Below, in pieces: positions 56,946 to 64,000 of a stretch of DNA of 64,000 nucleotides. The translations under genes and the position numbers were made by a program. Source of the stretch: Patescibacteria group bacterium (lineage in GTDB: Bacteria > Patescibacteriota > Patescibacteriia > 2-01-FULL-39-33); assembly GCA_041645075.1 (NCBI GenBank), contig JBAZQS010000003.1:6710-70709 (forward strand), given 5' to 3'. Position 1 is the first letter of the stretch. Every line of letters begins with the position of its first letter. The notes beneath the pieces were generated by a model. It was not told the origin of the DNA. It searched no databases and worked only from the letters and a program-made list of their open reading frames with translations.

Positions 56946-57016
56946 AAATTAAGAATTAAAAATTAAGAATTAAGAATTAATTATTTAATTTTTAATTATT
57001 AATTGTTAATTAATTT
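56946..57016. repeat. AATTAAG heptamer inverted-repeat element
   Basis: (AATTAAG)n left arm, (TTAATT) periodic right arm. Confidence 0.5.
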
Positions 57017-57540
57017 TACTTCGCCACCTTCACCCTCGCCGGCATAATCACTTTGCCGCCAAGCATATAGCCCGGCTGGACCTCTTCAAAAATCAGGTCC
57101 GCCTCAAAGCCCTCTTTTTCTTTATGGACTATGGCTTCATGCAAATTATGGTCAAATTTTTCGCCGACCGTCTTTATTTCCTTAATGTCGTATTTTTTAA
57201 GTAATTCCTGAAATTGTTTTTGAATATGCTTAAGGCCGATAACCCAGTCCAAATTCTGCTGGTCTTCGGGAATATGCTTCAAGGCCAATTTAAAGTGGCT
57301 GTATATCGGCAACAATTCGGAGATGAAAGCCGCATTGGCAAATTCTATAATATCTTTTTGCCGCTTTTCTATTTCCTTTTTAAAATTGGCATAATCGGCC
57401 TGCGCCCTTTGCCAGCCCGCCAAATTTTCCGTGGCCTCTTGCTTAGCTTCAAGTAGTTTTGTTTGCGCCTCGGTCAATTCTTCTACAACCGACGTTAAAT
57501 CATGGCCGTTATCATTAATTTTTAATTGCTCTTTGTCCAT
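57016..57540 (-). CDS. grpE: Nucleotide exchange factor GrpE
   Basis: RAQADYANFKK, GEKFD.NLHEA, GY.LGGKV..PARVKV. Confidence 0.96.
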   Translation of the reverse strand: MDKEQLKINDNGHDLTSVVEELTEAQTKLLEAKQEATENLAGWQRAQADYANFKKEIEKRQKDIIEFANAAFISELLPIYSHFKLALKHIPEDQQNLDWVIGLKHIQKQFQELLKKYDIKEIKTVGEKFDHNLHEAIVHKEKEGFEADLIFEEVQPGYMLGGKVIMPARVKVAK

Positions 57541-57563
57541 TCTTTAAAAATTATTTATTATGC

Positions 57564-58262
57564 TTATAAATTTTCCAATAATTTTTGCGCGTATTTAATC
57601 AAGCCGATATTTTCTTGGTAATCCATCCGGTTCGGACCGAAAATTCCAACCAAGCCGTAATTTTTTCCGGCTTTATATTTAACTAAGATAACGGAAGACC
57701 CGTTACCAAACGGATTATCGTCGCCCATTAAAATTTGAATATTATTATCTATTTGATGGAAAATCTTGGCTATGGCCTCGTCCAAATGGTCAATAATTTC
57801 TGACATAGAATATACTACCTGATGCTCAATAAATTCCGGTTGCCTGAATAAATTAGAAATTCCCGTATAATACACGTCGGTGGGCGCAAAGCCGATTAAA
57901 ACCGCTTCTTCGGACAACTCGGCTAAAAGCTTGGCCAACAATTTAATGCTCTCGCTATCTAATTTTATTTTTTTAGATAAAGAATCAAAAATCTTTTTAT
58001 TCTTTGCCGTGATGTCGCCGTCAGAAACAAATTTTTCCACATAATACTGATATCCGGCCAGGGTCGGCACTCGGCCCGCCGAGGTATGGGGCTGATAAAT
58101 CAAGCCCCGCTCTTCCAATTCAACCATATAATTTCTGATGGTGGCTGAACTTAATTCGGGAAAATATTTTTCCACCATCAAATTAGAGCCCACTGGGCTA
58201 ACCGAATCAATATATTCCTCAACGATAATCTTTAATAAATTGTCGTTTTTATTATCGGTCAT
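57564..58262 (-). CDS. hrcA: Heat-inducible transcription repressor HrcA (short form)
   Basis: IVEEYI...PVGS, SSATIRN.M..LE..G.I.QPHTSAGRVPT..GY, GP.RMDY. Confidence 0.95.
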   Translation of the reverse strand: MTDNKNDNLLKIIVEEYIDSVSPVGSNLMVEKYFPELSSATIRNYMVELEERGLIYQPHTSAGRVPTLAGYQYYVEKFVSDGDITAKNKKIFDSLSKKIKLDSESIKLLAKLLAELSEEAVLIGFAPTDVYYTGISNLFRQPEFIEHQVVYSMSEIIDHLDEAIAKIFHQIDNNIQILMGDDNPFGNGSSVILVKYKAGKNYGLVGIFGPNRMDYQENIGLIKYAQKLLENL

Positions 58263-58289
58263 TGGGAAAATTTGGACCGTTTTTTATTA

Positions 58290-58316
58290 TTAGCACTCTC
58301 TATATCAGAGTGCTAA
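58290..58316. promoter_or_regulatory. CIRCE operator
   Basis: Perfect TTAGCACTC-N9-GAGTGCTAA directly upstream of hrcA. Confidence 0.98.
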
Positions 58317-58430
58317 ATATAATATATCTTATTATTAAATGGGTTGTCAAGCCCGCCAACCAGCCATCGGATATTTTAATAATTTATTAAATTTGGTATA
58401 ATAAATGCATTAAAAATAAAACTCATTCAT

Positions 58431-58922
58431 ATGCGATTAAAATTCTGCATTATTGCCCTACTAATTATCGTATCTTTGGCGACTCTTGCTGGTGTGGCCA
58501 ACGCCGACACGGGCATAGTGAATGCGAAAAGCGAAGCGGGGAAAGCGGCAGCCGGCACGCCTCTCGCCAACGCCAAAATCGCAGACCTGCCGGTTTTGGT
58601 GGGCACGATTTTTCAGGTTGTTTTGGCTATGGTCGGCGTCTTATTTGTCATACTGGTGATTTGGGGCGGCATCTCCTGGATGCTGGCCAGTGGCGACAGC
58701 GCTAAAATCACTAAAGCCAAGGGCCTGCTCATGGCCGCGGCCATCGGACTGATTATCACCATGATTTCCTATACGATTACCATATTTGTCTTGGAAGGTG
58801 TCGGCGTCGTCCAAACCAAGGGAACGGGCACAGAAAAAGACACGCAAAACAGACCATCAGACAATATAATAGACCCAAATCGGCCAGATAATCCGGCGGA
58901 TGATTGGACTCTTTATCCCTAA
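58431..58922 (+). CDS. TrbC/VirB2-like pilin-domain membrane protein
   Basis: Signal, then VIWGGISWMLASGD..KITKAK..L..A.IGLII hairpin. Confidence 0.75.
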   Translation: MRLKFCIIALLIIVSLATLAGVANADTGIVNAKSEAGKAAAGTPLANAKIADLPVLVGTIFQVVLAMVGVLFVILVIWGGISWMLASGDSAKITKAKGLLMAAAIGLIITMISYTITIFVLEGVGVVQTKGTGTEKDTQNRPSDNIIDPNRPDNPADDWTLYP

Positions 58923-58943
58923 TTAAAATTTGGGATTTATCCA

Positions 58944-58973
58944 GCCCCGCCCCGACATTACGTCGGGGCGGGG
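58944..58973. repeat. CCCCGACATTACGTCGGGG palindrome family copy (likely terminator)
   Basis: Between convergent genes. Confidence 0.7.
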
Positions 58974-58997
58974 CTGGATTTATCTTAAAAACCCGCT

Positions 58998-59840
58998 CTA
59001 ATTAACCGGGCTGTCTTGCGGCATAATATTATTATCATCCAAAATATTCACATCGGAAATAACTTGTATATTATCAATTCTGGGCAATTGATTAGTCCAG
59101 TTTAATTCAACTTTCCTGGTCTCACTGGTTTTAAGCTGGTTTATGGTGATATAATTAACGCCCGCCAACTGTCCCCCGCTCCATAAAAACACCTGAATGC
59201 CAACCTCCCAATAATTATAAGCCGAGTCATTGGTGATATTAAAACTAACGGAATTGGGGTCGCCGGGAGCGATGCCCCCATGAAATTCTTCATCGGTAAT
59301 ATTAAACCTTAGCCGTTCGTTTTTAGTCCTCTCAAAATCATTAATCCGGCGCCATTGTAAATCAGCAATCTCAAAGCCCGACTCGGCATTTTCTAGGCCC
59401 AGCCCCATTAAATATTTTTTTTCTCCAGGCAAAATAAAACCCCGCTTGTTTTCTCCGCCCGAATTGGAGGCGGTGAATTTATAATTAAAAACCGCCAGCC
59501 AATCAGGATTTGAATTGGCGGCTTCAATAAAAAAATCGCGGCGGTTATCATCGCCCGATAGAATATTAATCGGCGAAAAAGACAGCGGTTTCGGCGCCCT
59601 GGTCTCCAGTCCAGCTAAATATGAATTTTGGCTGGAAACCAAACGGCTTAAATTATGGGCCTCAAAATTATAATCAATCGCGTAAAAGGTCATTTCAAAA
59701 ATAACATAAAACCAGATTAAAACCGACGCGATAATCAGAAAAATGGCCAGCCATCGACGCAGAGCCAATTTATGGGTTATATACCAATAACTGAATTTGA
59801 GTTCGCGGTCGGTTAGGTTTTGTGAAAACGCTTTTGACAT
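58998..59840 (-). CDS. Membrane-anchored hypothetical protein
   Basis: ATG 59840 (MSKAFS) preferred; the upstream extension in the ORF track runs through a repeat element. Confidence 0.7.
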   Translation of the reverse strand: MSKAFSQNLTDRELKFSYWYITHKLALRRWLAIFLIIASVLIWFYVIFEMTFYAIDYNFEAHNLSRLVSSQNSYLAGLETRAPKPLSFSPINILSGDDNRRDFFIEAANSNPDWLAVFNYKFTASNSGGENKRGFILPGEKKYLMGLGLENAESGFEIADLQWRRINDFERTKNERLRFNITDEEFHGGIAPGDPNSVSFNITNDSAYNYWEVGIQVFLWSGGQLAGVNYITINQLKTSETRKVELNWTNQLPRIDNIQVISDVNILDDNNIMPQDSPVN

Positions 59841-59852
59841 ATTTATATTATA

Positions 59853-59946
59853 GCACAAAAACACAAAAACAAGGAAACAATTGAATTGATTTTTTTTATT
59901 GTTTTTGTGTTTTCCGTGTTTCCGTGTTTCCATGTTTTTGTGTTTC
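59853..59946. repeat. CACAAAAAC / GTGTTT(T/C)C 8-9-mer inverted-repeat element
   Basis: CACAAAAACACAAAAACAAG also present inside the dnaK and gyrB coding sequences. Confidence 0.7.
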
Positions 59947-59995
59947 CCGCCCTTGTCCAAACCGCCAAAAAATGCTAAAATTAATCCGTTAATAA

Positions 59996-63416
<3,421 letters not shown>

Positions 63417-63418
<2 letters not shown>

Positions 63419-63594
63419 AGATGGTTACAAAACTATTCCGGCTCTAAATTTGCTATTTTTGGCCGAGGCTTCGTCAGGCGGGGCGAAATGATTTTCACCG
63501 TAATTCTATTACGCCTCAAATCATTTCGCTGGCCTTCCTCGCCTCGCCCCAAAATATCTAAATTTCGCCACGAAATAATTTTGTAACCATCTCA
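63417..63594. mobile_element. MITE-like element, copy 3 (178 bp, diverged)
   Basis: GAGATGGTTACAAAA...TTTTGTAACCATCTC ends; overlaps the gyrB TAG. Confidence 0.82.
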
Positions 63595-63609
63595 TAAAAC
63601 GCCAACCAA

Positions 63610-63651
63610 AAATACCCCCGCCCCGACGTTACGTCGGGGCGGGGGTATTTT
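63610..63651. terminator. Bidirectional terminator built on CCCCGACGTTACGTCGGGG palindrome
   Basis: Long hairpin between convergent gyrB and greA. Confidence 0.7.
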
Positions 63652-63667
63652 ATTATTCTATTTTATT

Positions 63668-64000
63668 CTATTCAATTTTATGAATTTTACATTTGAACTT
63701 GCCGGCGGGAATAATCAATTCAAATTCATCACCTACGGTCTTGCCGATAAAGGCCCGCCCCAACGGCGACTCATGCGAAATTTTGCCGTTGACGGGATCG
63801 GCTTCGCTGTGGCCCACAATCGTATATTTTACTTTTGAACCGTCATGGCAGGTGGCGTGCACCGTAGAACCAATGCCCACAATATTGGATTTGCTATTTT
63901 TAACAATCACCGCGTTTTTTATTAAATTCTCTAACTCCTGTATCCGGCCCTCAATAAAACCCTGCTCTTCCCTGGCCTCATGATATTCGGCATTTTCTGA
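63668..64000 (-). CDS. greA: Transcription elongation factor GreA (partial, start beyond window)
   Basis: SENAEYHEAREEQGFIEGRI.ELE; EADP..GKISHESPLGRA.IGK. Confidence 0.95.
   Translation of the reverse strand, partial: SENAEYHEAREEQGFIEGRIQELENLIKNAVIVKNSKSNIVGIGSTVHATCHDGSKVKYTIVGHSEADPVNGKISHESPLGRAFIGKTVGDEFELIIPAGKFKCKIHKIE

Overview
This is a chromosomal segment of a standard-code (table 11) bacterium. Its gene content fits Patescibacteria/CPR, Parcubacteria-like; this is inferred from cohesin/dockerin surface proteins, a CarS-like gene, a VirB2-like pilin, a VirB4/TraG-like ATPase pair and a sigma4-HARE protein. The backbone is housekeeping: mnmA, secDF, gap, ricT, tsf-rpsB, rpmE-prfA-prmC, rplY, rodA, a MacAB-like ABC exporter, hrcA-grpE-dnaK-dnaJ with a perfect CIRCE, intein-containing gyrB, and greA. 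Five things stand out. (1) An accessory island at about 36-52 kb has a cohesin/cohesin/dockerin operon back-to-back with an operon of signal-less, beta-rich, phage-structural-like proteins. That operon also encodes one Tat-signal protein, a lysozyme-like protein and a private TatC plus three TatA. (2) An intact tRNA-Glu(CUC) is nested, between 11-bp inverted repeats, inside the anticodon loop of a second tRNA-Glu-like gene next to a GIY-YIG nuclease. (3) Several small palindromic or tandem repeat families occur both between genes and as in-frame insertions in core proteins (MnmA, EF-Ts, DnaJ, DnaK, GyrB). (4) A ~180-bp MITE family sits at gene stop codons. (5) A SipW/TasA-like fibre locus has a long leader containing a terminator. 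All family assignments come from motif recognition by eye; no database searches were run.
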